A DNA stretch of 64,000 bases, from positions 235,602,001-235,666,000 of the forward strand of contig NC_058368.1 in the NCBI RefSeq assembly GCF_018350175.1, read 5' to 3'. Positions 1-11,862 of the stretch are shown here, in pieces (position 1 is the stretch's first letter; the number at the start of each line of letters is the position of its first letter). Position numbers and translations under genes: made by a program. Origin of the DNA: Felis catus. Lineage: Eukaryota. The notes under the pieces were generated by a model. It searched no databases, was not told the origin of the DNA, and was given only the letters and a program-made list of their open reading frames with translations.

Positions 1-2562
1 CCCGTTCTGAAGCTCATTCGCGTCTCCCAAGATCCTTGGGAAAACAGTCATTTTAGTCTTGCAAGAACAGTTGCTTACTAGAAATAGGACCACACCATCA
101 GCTACTCACTTTGACAGTGTTCCTCAGACCCGTTTACCGAACAACGACAGCCAAGGGCTCCCACACTCAAACTCCGACAACCTGGGGAGAAAACTGTTTA
201 TCGGTTTGCAGAGTGCACCGTCTCACAATTGTCAACCAAGTTCTCCAGTTGAAGACGTTAAACTCTTAGTTAAGTGATATAGTTTAACTTCAAGGTAACA
301 GTCTCACACTGTAGGGAGAACCAGGAGAACGGAGTAGGGGTGATTTCTCCACCACCAGGGATCTTGTTTGCATCATGCTCTCCATTAGAGTCTGCAAAGG
401 GGTGTGAGGGACAACGGGCAAACAAAAGAGAATTCTACAGGCAGCTGCCTGCCACTCAATAGGTGGGTCAACCAGAAACACTGGGAAAAAAAAAAAAAAA
501 GCTTAACTGAGAACTACCTGGAACTTTAATTAGATCCTCCCCCCCACCCAATAAAAGAAGCCCTCATCTAATGTAACACCATTTTTCTTCATACCTCAAG
601 AGATCTGAATGAGAGATGGGGTAGCGATCCATCAGGAGAGAAATAACGGACTTGGCACCCAGTTCAGGGACGTTCCCATTCAATATTTTTTCTTATCTGG
701 CTAACGACAGAGGACTTCTTATCCTCCCTTTTTCTTCTTTAAAATGCCTTTGATTTGTCATATGGCAAATGCCCCTGCCCCTCACACTCATAAGTCTAGT
801 CGAGGTCATGTTCGTAATGATCCTCTACAGACAAAATATCAGCGAAGCTGGATTTAATGGGTTTGGAAGATGAACGGTGAAGGCATACACATTCCTATTC
901 CAGTGACCGAAATATTAAATTCCAGTGTTCGTTATCCAGAGGAGTCTTGTTTAAGTCTGCACCCCTGCCGGGGTCATGGGAAGCACCTCGCCCAAGCTCC
1001 GCAAACAAATCCAAGGATATGAGTTCCGAAGGCACGGCGCGCCTCCCTTCCACACAGATGGCTTCCATTCCAGGTCTGAGCTTTCGTTAAAAAAGCCAAG
1101 GAGATCTCTTCCTTTAATGCATCATATGAAGAGTTCTAGCCCTTTAATTAAGGGAGATCTGTTTTTCTTGGGAGAACATGGAAGAAATCACCCACACCGT
1201 CTTCAATCATAAAAATTATGCCAAATAACCGCCAAATCCTTGGCAAATCCCGGCTGTGATCACTCTCAAACCAGAAGCCCTTCACAAATTAGGGTAGACA
1301 CGGGATCAACCCATTTCCCATTCCCCTGAAAAGCAAGTGTTAATATTGTTTGGCAATTTTTAACGGGATTTAGCATTTGCACATGTGTAGTATTTGAAGG
1401 GATTCAAATACTTGGGCATCCGATACTCGCACTCCCATACACAAAACCCTTCTAAGATGCAGTCTGAATTCCCTCTTTCCAAAGGGAGAAAGAAGCTTAA
1501 GACAGATGTAAAACATTTTCTGGAAATGTAATAAATGTTCAAAATGTGGTCAAGACCTTAAAACGTGACCACACATCTTCACTCAGCTACCTAAGACGCA
1601 TCTCACTCATCTGTGTCTGACAGATTAATGTACTCAAGACTCTAAGTATCTACTAAGCGTGTCTTGCTTTAAAATATGGAAATATTTCAAGAAAGTTAAA
1701 TGACGAGGCATTAAGATTTTGGCTTGGATCAGCCTGAGGGATGCCGGTATCTTCTCAACTTGGCTGGATACTCCTTAATGAAGGGACCAGCGAAGGGGAC
1801 CCCCAGAGGCATTTAAGTGATGTTCGATGTCTAAGTCCGATAGAGTAAAACCTTGGCTTGTGAGCAGAATTCGTTCCAGAAACGTGCTTGTAATCCAAAG
1901 CTCTCATACATCCAAGAGAATTTCCCCATAAGAAATAATGGAGGCTCAGATGACTCCACAACCCAGAAAACATTCATATAAAGTGATTATAATCCTGTAA
2001 CATAATACAAAATATTAAATAAAACACAAAATATAAAGAAAAATAAGCAAATTAACCTGCACTTACCTTTGAAAACCTTCGTGGCCGGTGTGAGGGAGAC
2101 AAGAGACGGGGGTGGGGGGAGTGGGGGGGGCGGGGGTTATCGTGTCGGACGACATTCACCATCACTAACGGAATCACTGCTGTCTATCGGCTCAGTAGAA
2201 TCTTTTTCTGTTCCTGTGACCTTAACAAGGAACCTATCTAATGACCTAGAATGGAGCAAAGCATTCCTAAGCTCACTGTTGTGTGCAAAAGCAAAGGACT
2301 GTCCATAGGTGCTCTGAAGTGACAAAAAATCCACCACTGCCAGTTGAGGGCACCTTCCAACATTGTGAAAAATCACCAACGTCTGCCACACATCATGGCT
2401 GGAGACTGAGCATCCGCGCATGGGAAATGATCACCCACAATCCCTCAGAGACAGAGACAGAGACAGAGAAGAATCATTGGCTCAGTTGTGACCATGTGAC
2501 ATCTGGCATCCCATACCACTCATACTGTGAAACACTGCTCATTTATCAAATGGAAATTTCTT

Positions 2563-2773
2563 GGGGCACCTGGGTGGCTCAGTCAGTTAAAGGTCGACGT
2601 CAGCTCAGGTCATGATCTCACGGTCCGTGAGTTCGAGCCCCGCGTCAGGCTCTGTGCCGACAACTCAGAGCCCGGAGCCCGCTTCTGAGTCTGTGTCTCC
2701 CTCTCCCTCTGCCCCTCCTCCGCTCACGCTCTGTCTCTTAAAGATGAATACGGGTTTAAAAAGTAATTAAAAT
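2563..2773 (+). mobile_element. Can-SINE (SINEC_Fc type), intron 3
   Basis: GGGGCACCTGGGTGGCTCAGTC head, B box GAGTTCGAGCC, CT-rich region and A-rich tail. Confidence 0.93.
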
Positions 2774-3275
2774 TTATTAGAAACGCTTGCTCGTCTTGCG
2801 GAATACTCCCGGAACGAGCTGCTCGCCATCCAAGTCTCTACTGTGCTAAGAAGATGGGGAACATGCCCAGAGAATCATCAGTCCAGTGAGACCTGCGCTT
2901 CCCGGCCACGGCTTCGTCACATTTGGAATTACCACCCTAACCTGTAAGCATGTGATCCTGGACAGAACGACACGAGTAAAGGGCTTTCAAGCAGCCGATC
3001 AAATAATCAACCCGGTCCACCAGGGGACTCGTGTTGTTCTTTGCAGAATGAAGACATTTCTCCAGAATGGGCCACAGCCAAATGGGCCCAAGGCGGCGGC
3101 ATCGCGCCTCGTAGACAGCGCTCCTTGACAACGTTCTCCTGCTTTCGCAGATCAGTGAAATCTGCCCTGCGATGACGGAGGAGTCAGCTAGACGATCTCA
3201 AGGGACATCTCATCGCCCTCCCCCTTCACACACGCCACTGTCCCTGTCACCTCACCAGCGGCGGCGGGTACTCAC

Positions 3276-3598
3276 CAAACCTTTGCACGTTGAAAGAGCC
3301 ACCGAGGAATTTTTGTGGGATCGTAAGGAGCCTTGATAAAAACAGAAATCCTCGGGCGGGAAGGCGTGCACGGACTTGGTGCCTCCCTTCCCCAGCGTCT
3401 GCACCATAAATCCAGGAGCCACCAGGTTGGACGCTTTCAGCTCCATGTGGAAGTCATGCCTGAAGCCCTTCAGCCGAAGGTGAAGAGATTCAACCCCGAG
3501 CTGGGCCAGCGCCCTCTTCCTCCTCTGAGGGTGCGTGATTTCGTGCGACACGTAGTCTCCGTTGTGGTCAACCTCATAGGGGGACACCAGCTCGTATT
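3276..3598 (-). CDS. ADAMTS16: ADAMTS16 coding exon 3 (M12B propeptide), 323 bp
   Basis: Acceptor tgtctttcag|AA and donor TTG|gtgagt. Joins exon 2 in phase 1 (G+AA=E). Encodes EYELVSPYEVDHNGDYVSHEITHPQRRKRALAQLGVESLHLRLKGFRHDFHMELKASNLVAPGFMVQTLGKGGTKSVHAFPPEDFCFYQGSLRSHKNSSVALSTCKGL, with the ADAMTS prodomain motifs CFYQG and VALSTC and a basic RRKR site. Confidence 0.97.
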
Positions 3599-4999
3599 CT
3601 GAAAGACAAAGACGGGGCTTGGCTGAGTAATTTCAGAATTCTAAAAAGAACCTGGGAGTCAGTCTTAGAATGTAATTTATTGCCAGACGACACTCCCACC
3701 CGGTAAAACACGACGGAGGAAAATTGCAGTGTCGAGCCAACCTCAGATCTCCGCCGTGGGACGCAAACAATCAGAGTCAGAAGGGAAAACCTTCAAAGTA
3801 GCCTGTAGGGAAGTCACTGGTGCCCTATCACGGGCTAGTCCCAGTACGGCAAAATCTATGACACTTCAAAGGAAAAACAGATTACAGACCCAGGAAATTC
3901 AAAAACGGGACATGTGGGGTTCCAGTTCATAAATTTCACCTTACGCTCATGATGATATGTAATCATTTATGGTTCTAAATACTCTCTGAGTCACACTTTT
4001 TGTTTTTTTACAACCATCTCCATTGAGCTGACAAATTTTAGCTTCAGAAAACAGTTATTAAAAAGGCACATCTGATGGGCATTCCTTGCTGCTTAATATT
4101 TTAATATTGTCTTGTTAAATCGAGGAATCCCGTAAACCCTACGCAGACATATGCCGGGTTTCTAGATGCTAACATTGGGAAATGCTCCTATGTGGTGGCT
4201 CCCACGGAAAGGCGTGGTGGACCCTCTCGCTGGCCTGAGTTCTTGGCCAATCGCCAGAGTCCACAGCCCAGGGTCTTTCCAGACACTCACCACAATCCTG
4301 TGCCCACTCTGATTCACAGGACTCCAGCCTAAAACACGTTCGGACAAACAATTTTTGGAAACGTCCGGAAACCCCCGAGGGGCTGTCAGATCTCAGGGCC
4401 CCCTCACAGGTCCGCCGGGTTTCAGTCACCGACGACCCCCCAGTTTTGCCTTCTGTGTACATCTGAGTCAGTTTCCCCGCTGTGGGAAGCACAGAAGGAA
4501 GGTTCCGAGCTCCTTTTGTTACCAGCATGTGCCGTCGGGAGACTGCTGTGATGGATGCTCGAGAAGTGGGGCCCTCTTCTGCCCTGGCAGGGGTTGGACA
4601 TGTTTCTTGGAGTCGTAAGATACAATAAAACAGAATCCCACAGAAATGGCACTTGGTCAGAAGCAAGGGGTAATTGGGCAATTATTGTTTCTAGAAAAGT
4701 GAGGTTTTGTTCTCAACCGATGTCTTTCTACACAGGTGCCTGATCGTGTGTCCCTGTGCCGTCCGGCAGGTAAGAGAAAGGTTACTCTAGAAGGAGCAGG
4801 CAGCCAGTGACCGTTTGTGGGTTTGGAGAGGGCAAGGGAGGCCACGGACCGGAAGGCCCTGCCTGGAGCCCCCCATGCTGAAGCCTGGGGCTAGGTGAGC
4901 GTCCAGGGCCAGGCAGCCAGCCCCATCAAGTGGCGGGTTAACCAAAGGCTGGACAATGGCCTCTGTGTCTCCAGGGATGCGGTCTCCTCCAGTCAAGAC

Positions 5000-5202
5000 C
5001 TTTTTTTTTTTTAAGTTTATTTATTTATCTCGAGAGAGCAAGAACAGCAGGGGAGGGGCAGAGAGAGAGGGCGACAGAAGATCGGAATCAGGATCTCTGC
5101 TGACAGGAGACAGCCCGACGCAGGGCTCAAACCCCCGGACCTTGAGATCATGACCTGGGCCAAAGCTGGGACACTTAACCGAGTGAGCCACCCAGGCGCC
5201 CC
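5000..5202 (-). mobile_element. Can-SINE, intron 2
   Basis: Poly-T tail through to the GAGCCACCCAGGCGCCCC head. Degenerate TSD ccagtcaagacc/ccggtcaagagc. Confidence 0.92.
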
Positions 5203-6261
5203 GCCGGTCAAGAGCTTTGACAGGCGACTCTTCTGGGCCCAGTGCTAGGCCCACAGGCCTGACCCTGCCACGCAGGTGAGAACGGGTGCTCTGAGGGTAA
5301 GTGGGGAGCTGGGCCGCACGCAGCAGGGTCTGGCGGACGACTTGAGCCAACCATCAACATCGACGTCAAGGCAGGACATTTGTGTCCCGCGGGGCAAAAC
5401 ACCTTGGAATTGTTTCACAGTTTACCAGGGAAATGAGACAATAAAACAAATCTGGCTGAACTGCAAGCAAGGACAGGAGAAAGGGGGAAACAGGTCAGGG
5501 ACTGGCCGGTGTAGGCGACGGCGGCCGATCCGGGGTGGCTCCGAGGGGCAGAGCGCAAAGCCCCACCCCACCTGCCTCTTGCCCAGCTTTCCGGGCCGAG
5601 GGGAGAGGCCGGTGCCAAGCAGTGGTGTGGCCTGGCACTCTTCCCCCTGCCTCCCGGGGCTCTCAGGGAGCCCTCCCCACCTCACCCCAGCCTATGTGCA
5701 TCCCAACAGAGGCCGGGAACACTAGCTAATCAGCACGACTACTGCGCATAAAAGATGATTACCACTTTCAAAACATCAAACTGCTTCCAGATGCCATCGG
5801 CCCTGTTCTTCTGACCTTTGTTTTGGAAGTCACGTAACATGCATCCTGTATCTGGAGGGGACCCTGGATATCTACGCTCAAAATAGCATCACTGATAAGC
5901 CTCTTTTACATAAACACATCCAAGGTCCTGTTGACAAATGCAGGACCTCCAGCTATCTGAGGGGAAAACACGAACGGCCTGGTGGAGGGCATCTGCCAGC
6001 TCCCCTGGGGTAATACCCCCACCGTGGCTGATTCCCACGTGACGTCACTCAACACGGAGTGTGGAAAGATGCGCCCCCGGACCTGCACCTGTACCTACGC
6101 ACATCTCCCCACACAGGTACGACTGACGTAAATAACCTCGAGAGCACAGGTAACAGTAAGACCTAGTAAAGCAATTATAAGGGAGGAGCGTTGAGTCTTT
6201 CCATTTTGTCTTTAATAGGATTTATTTCACGGTAACTGTATCTCAATCTTATTGGAAAAAA

Positions 6262-6469
6262 TTTAGTGTTTGTTTTTATTTTCGAGACAGAGAGGGGCAG
6301 AGCGTGAGTGGGGGAGGGGCAGAGGGAGAGGGAGACACAGAATCCGAAGGAGGTTCCAGGCTCCGAGCGGTCAGCCCAGAGCCCGACCCGGGGCTCGAAC
6401 CCACGAACCGTGAGATCGTGACCTGAGCCGAAGTCGGACGCTTAACCGACTGAGCCCCCCGGGCGCCCC
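6262..6469 (-). mobile_element. Can-SINE, intron 2
   Basis: Full reverse-complement SINEC body. Confidence 0.92.
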
Positions 6470-7967
6470 ATATACTTTACTTTTCAATGACCAGCTCGGC
6501 AAAATTTCACAGAAAGTGACAATCCGCTCTGGAGGGCTGGTACCTACCTGTTGGCCTCAGGACACCAGCTGTGCCAACAGCAAAACCACTCTTTGGGATT
6601 TAATGACGATCGGTTCCCAAGAGGCAGGGAGAAAATGTTCGATGGAAGATTTGTTTTCCCGTTCAGTCTGCTGATTCTCAGACGGAGTGATTCCCCTCCC
6701 CCTCCCCCAGGAGACAACCGTCTGGACGCGTTTCTGCTTTGTCAGGAAGGGGGAGGGGGAGAGTGGCGCTCCTGGAATCTGACCGCCGAATCCAGGGATG
6801 CAGCTTCGTATTCTCCGATGCCCAGGCCGGACCTCCGCTACAGAATGTCAATACTGCCAAGGTGGGGGAATCCTGATTGAGCCCGAAAGCCCTGCTTACC
6901 ATCAAATGTGTACTCTCGGTTACATATAAATGAACGCGGAAAAGGTCATCGCTAAAGAATTCAGTGAATGAACAAAACAAGCACAGTATCTCATCATACA
7001 CGCGTTACTATCTGGAAAAAGTCAATATATAACTGCAGTAATCTGAAAAAATTAACTTCTGAGCTTAGGTTTTCAGATGCTAATCCCCTCGGCTGTCGGC
7101 TCGCGATTTCAAGAAAAAAATGAGCGTGATTCCTGACATCCCGAGAATCCTTTAAATTACACCTGTGTCCTCTACACATTTGGTAAAGGAGGACAACGTC
7201 GCGTACGGCTGCTCCCGTCAGTGGTCAGAACTGCCTGATTTCAAGAGGTTTTCTGACCACAGCATCAAGTCTAAGACCGCTCTGGTTTCAAACTCAGTGG
7301 GGGGGGGGGTGTAGACCACCTGTGAGCACGCAGGGCTGCTTGGTACCAGCGGCCGAGAGCGGATCCGAACCTTGAATCCCTACCCCAGGATTCAGTGACG
7401 TCACATCCGTAGTTGAAAGCCACCAGGGAGCAAGTATTTACCCCTTGGGAACCAGAAAATATTACAGATCTGGGCGCCACAGAGCCTGCTGTTAAAGATT
7501 TACAAGCACACCCCAGGTGAACCTGAAAGGCATTGCCCTGTCTCACGTTACCTGGATGTTTGAATGTAAATTGATATAATCTCCCAATGCACACACGCAC
7601 ACAACAGGTCTATTACACACAATGAAACAAATTTCTAAAGAACGTCTACACCTTGCCCTGGGAGAGGAACTTACTGGAGAAGTAAAAAGCTAAGGAATCT
7701 GTGATGGTCTTAGCTCTTTACCGGGAGCCGCTACTTTTATCACAAAGGTCAATTTGTAGGCAAAGCATTAAAATCTCCTAGTAGGGAAACACCATTCTGA
7801 ATCAGCCAAAACGAAACGGGTGGACTTAACGTCTGAAAATAGTTTCGTTGGGCATGGCTGCCTCACCGAAGAGACGGGCTTCTCTTTCCTACTGCTTAAC
7901 TGCTCCAGACACGGAGCAAAGTTTGCAATCACCGTGTGAACGACGTGTTGCTTTAAACAAACCTCAC

Positions 7968-8180
7968 GGGGGCGCCTGGGTGGCGCAGTCAGTTAAGCGT
8001 CCGACTTCAGCCAGGTCACGATCTCGCGGTCCATGAGTTCGAGCCCCGCGTCAGGCTCTGGGCTGATGGCTCAGAGCCTGGAGCCTGTTTCCGATTCTAT
8101 GTCTCCCTCTCTCTCTGCCCCTCCCCCATTCATGCTCTGTCTCTCTCTGTCCCCAAAAAATAAATAAACGTTGAAAAAAA
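7968..8180 (+). mobile_element. Young SINEC_Fc, intron 2
   Basis: Near-consensus copy with a perfect 16-bp TSD taaacaaacctcacgg (7954-7969 and 8181-8196). Confidence 0.96.
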
Positions 8181-8964
8181 TAAACAAACCTCACGGCCGA
8201 AAGAGGGAGTCCAAAGCCAACGTGTGTCATCGATACCTAGATAACCGAGCAGCACCCACCAAGTGCACCCCGGCTCTCCTGTTCTGAACAGACACAGGTG
8301 ACCTGCTCAGCACAGTCTTTTCCCTGCTGGTATGAGAGCCCTTCCAGTGACACGCACAACTCTCCACTTAGCCGTTTGCAACTAAAGACCTAAGACACAC
8401 AGAGGGTGAGTGTGAGGTGGGGGTGTATCCGCTAAGCTAGAACTTCACCGATGATGGCTCACACCTTCCCCCTTCTGTTTCTGAGCAAGCAAGGTATGTG
8501 GTTGTCATAGAAATGCTAGGCCTGTGACACCAGCTGATAATGCCAGGTGACTGGAGCCTCATGCCAGCCAGGCTGCCGTCCAGCTCCCGGGAGCCGGCCT
8601 CGGCCACGAGCAGCGGACGCACACTCGGGAAGGGAGTCTTTGACTTCTTCTTCTGGACGTGGTTCTCTGCCTATGATGCTCTCACCTAAAGACCACTTAT
8701 TTTCTATAAATGCCGTACAGTGATCTGAAAATCTCCTGAGACTTTGATGATTTTGGAGAACTAGAATTTTTACAGAAGTCTTCTTTTAAAAAGTGTCTCT
8801 GGAGGGACAATCAAATACAATATGGACAATTACATCCTATGGGAAACATGAAGGAAGGCAGGGGCCAGATCAGACCAAGAAGGTGACCTTTAAATAGATA
8901 ATGACCTTTCTCTAGCAATTACACAGCCCTAAGTCATTTGTAAGGATTTCCTATCACTTACATC

Positions 8965-8983
8965 TAGCGCCCTCTGGTGGTCC
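8965..8983 (-). promoter_or_regulatory. CTCF core motif in intron 2
   Basis: The minus strand reads GGACCACCAGAGGGCGCTA, a near-perfect match to the CTCF core CCASYAGRKGGCRS. Confidence 0.65.
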
Positions 8984-9967
8984 TGAAAAGTCTTCTGTTC
9001 CCAGCGTCCGTCTCACCTATCGCTTCATTTATAGACTATTCATGAACTCTCCCAGCAAGAGAGAATCCAAATAGGTAATGCGTGTGTCCAACTCCTGTCT
9101 TTACCAAAGGTTAAAAACTATATTCAAATATTTTGAGTTATTAACTGTAATCTTCTGGATTTTCTGAAAATATGTTGGGATAATCAAATCTGGTTCCTCT
9201 AAAATACTGACATTTGATATGGCAACTCATTGTTGGAAATGTTGCAAAGCACTGATACTAAACAAACGCCAAGGGATTGGGTTCAGATAAAAAGCGCCTA
9301 GCGGCAGACATCCCGCACCTGCCTTCCCCTTTAGCCTTAACGGAAGGCACAAGAAATTTACAAATGCAGCAAGCAGTGAAACCACAGGCTGCAAATGAAC
9401 CAGACTCATGGCTTAAGGCGCGGCATTGCTTAGGAGGTCGCAAACGCTAATTACCCTTCCCGGCACTGTATTTCAATTATGTCCCAACCCTTGAAGACCA
9501 TCCACTTTCACCCTGACAAGAGTACTGGGCAAAAATGGCTTTCTTTTGTCTCCTGCCGTTTAGTCAAGGACACACAGAGAGCCTTCAATCTAAACAGCCA
9601 GAGGAGGACCAGGAGGGGGTGAGGCGTGAAGAAAGGAGTCCCCTGCGCTTTATAATTTCCTGGATGCCTCAATTAGAAATACCTTTAGATTACTCCTTGC
9701 TTTTGTAAATTTTCTTATTAAATGCGCATTCCTTCTTTTGTTGCTATTGCTTATGGCAATTACGCTGGTAAGCGCTACTGTTCCACAAGGGAATACAATA
9801 TAAATATTGGTGAAAGTCGACTCCCAGGTGCTCGCTCACAAGGCGAGAAAGCGCGGCTCATACTATGCGTGAGTTTGGAGACTAAGGAGCATTCGCAGCG
9901 CCTGGTAAACCAGCAACACCGGCAGCTATTTGGTGAGGACTGGGACCCTCCTTCCCCGCAGACTTAC

Positions 9968-10070
9968 CGCCCTGTGCCATCCAGGCCGGCCACTCCGCGG
10001 ACCCGGGAGGTCGCCGGCCGCTCGGGCTTCCCGGCGAGGCCGCTGCGGGTCCCACGGAGCAAGCAGGTGC
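9968..10070 (-). CDS. ADAMTS16: ADAMTS16 coding exon 2 (start of prodomain), 103 bp
   Basis: Acceptor tttccagcag|GCA and donor GGCG|gtaagt. Encodes APACSVGPAAASPGSPSGRRPPGSAEWPAWMAQG, similar to recalled human APACAMGPAAAAPGSPSVPRPPPPAERPGWMEKG. Intron 1 is 89 bp. Confidence 0.95.
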
Positions 10071-10159
10071 CTGCTGGAAAAGAGCCGCGACACCTCGGTG
10101 AGACCCGGGCCGCGCGAGGGAAGCCGCGGGCACCCGCCCCCCAACCTCCGGGGACTCAC

Positions 10160-10291
10160 CTGCACAGCCACCTGCGCCAGGAGCAGCGCACAGAGCGCCG
10201 CGCGCCCGGGGCCCCGCATGGCCGCGCCGTCCCCGGCGCCCCGCGCCCGCCGCCCGCGCTGCGCCCCCGCGGGGAGAGCGCGCGGCTCCAT
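10160..10291 (-). CDS. ADAMTS16: ADAMTS16 coding exon 1 (signal peptide)
   Basis: ATG at 10291 gives MEPRALPAGAQRGRRARGAGDGAAMRGPGRAALCALLLAQVAVQ, followed by donor CAG|gtgagt at 10159. The C-terminal half matches recalled human ADAMTS16 ...GLAALWMLLAQVAEQ. A second in-frame ATG lies at 10219, so the start actually used is uncertain. Confidence 0.9.
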
Positions 10292-11693
10292 CCAGGGGCG
10301 CTCGGAGGGGCCCCCAGCCGGGCGGCTGCAAGTGGGCACCGCGGAGCCGAGGCGCGCAGGAGCCTCCCCGCCGCGACTCCGCCGCCCGCGCGGGGTTATC
10401 ACTGCGGCTCCGCGCGGCGCGGGGGGCGGGGAGGGCGGTGGGGCACCAGCGCGCACCGTGGGAGAGCGGCGGGAGGAGGCGGGCCGCGGAGGGGAGGCGG
10501 AGAGGACCGGCGAGGGGAGGGGAGCGGGGAGCAGGAGGGGCTGGCCGGAGCGGCGGGGTGGGGAGCCGGAGGGGAGACAGGAGGGGGAGGGCAGAGGCCG
10601 GAGGAAGCGGGCGGCGGGGCGGGGCGGGGCGGGGCGGACGGGAGGAGGGCCGGGAGGATCCCCGCGCTCCCAGCCCGATTCGGCGCCTCGCCCGCCTGCC
10701 CGTGTGCGCGCGGGCGGAGAGGTGGCTCGGGGGCTCCGAGTGGTGAGCGGCGTGAGTCACTTTCCAGGCGCCCTCGGGACCCGCAGGCCCGCTGCGCCCC
10801 GCCACCCCCCGGGCCCGACCTGCGCCGCCGCGGGCGCCGACACCTGCCGAGGGAGGCCGGGCGGCGCCTGGGCCCCGCGGCGTCCGCCCTGCGCCGCGGG
10901 TGGGAGATCAAAGGCGGGACGGCGGCGCCCAGAGCTTCTGAGAGCCGCGCGGATCTGAGTGCGCACCGCGGCCGCTCTCGGCTGCGGACGCGATGAGGGA
11001 CGAGGGGGTCGAGCAAGCAATGCCAGCTCCTCGCCAAGTCCCGGAGGATGTAGGGGCGCCCCCGGCGCCGCCCCCCCCCCCCCGCCCTCCACCGGCCTGG
11101 CCGCGCGTGCCTGGGTCGCCGTGGCTGCCGGGTGCCCGCGTGTGGCCAATCCATTGGGAGGCCCTGGGGTTGCGACTGGTGTGGGCCCGGGCGGGGGGCT
11201 GGGCTGCCGAAGGCCCGGGCGGCAGCAGGTGCCCCGCCGACCACTGGCCCTGCAGCAAGCCCGGTCGGTGCTCTACGAGCGCTTGTGTGCGCGTTTGAAT
11301 GCGGCGCCTCCGGGCATCGGAACCCTCTCGCGTGCGCGCACGTGTGCGTGTCGATGAGCTCGCGCGTCAGTGCCTGCGTGTGCCAGCGCGTGTTCTCCCA
11401 CGCACGGATCGCCGGTGGCGGCTCTGCGAGGCTGGTTGCTCCTCTCCTCCGTGACCACTTAACCTCTTGCAGACACTGGAAGTCAGGGCCCCCTAGGCCT
11501 GTGCTCCACTGTCCCTCACGTTCATTGCATCCCACACTGGCCTATTTTGCACATTTTGGAGTGGAAGATGGGGAGCAAACGGTGACTGTGGTCTCTGGCT
11601 TCCTTTGCCTGGCTAGCTTTGAGGCGTAGGTGTGTTACCTCCCACAGCCTTGACAATGGGAGAGCAGAGCTCCTGGCTGTGCAGTGGCTGATT

Positions 11694-11701
<8 letters not shown>

Positions 11702-11750
<49 letters not shown>

Positions 11751-11770
11751 CCTCTCTCCCTCCCCCCCCC
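11702..11770. repeat. (CT)n microsatellite with C-rich end
   Basis: Seen directly. Confidence 0.95.
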
Positions 11771-11862
11771 CGCCATATTCATCTATTTGAAAACACTCTT
11801 CAAAATGAAAATAGTTTTACAGAATGGCCTGTACTGGCAGTGATTTTAAAAACAATCTTCCA

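Larger units (their letters stand above)
9900..11450. promoter_or_regulatory. CpG island / ADAMTS16 promoter
   Basis: Very GC- and CpG-dense region spanning exons 1-2 and upstream. Tandem GC boxes (GGGGC)n near 10615-10636, AP-1 site TGAGTCA at 10753-10759, and CCAAT/ATTGG at 11146-11157. Confidence 0.92.

Noticed and set aside
1..3275. Further ADAMTS16 exons
   Set aside because: No sequence resembling the expected next exon (SGMIRT...DYFL.PLP) was seen. Intron 3 runs off the window.
3252..3587. ORF-track 111-aa ORF as a stand-alone gene
   Set aside because: It is ADAMTS16 exon 3 plus read-through into the intron. The splice sites define 3276-3598.
9722..11629. Long overlapping ORFs (424, 378, 342 and 307 aa) on both strands
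   Set aside because: These are stop-poor shadow frames of the CpG island with low-complexity R/G/P/A content. Only the spliced ADAMTS16 exon segments have homology.
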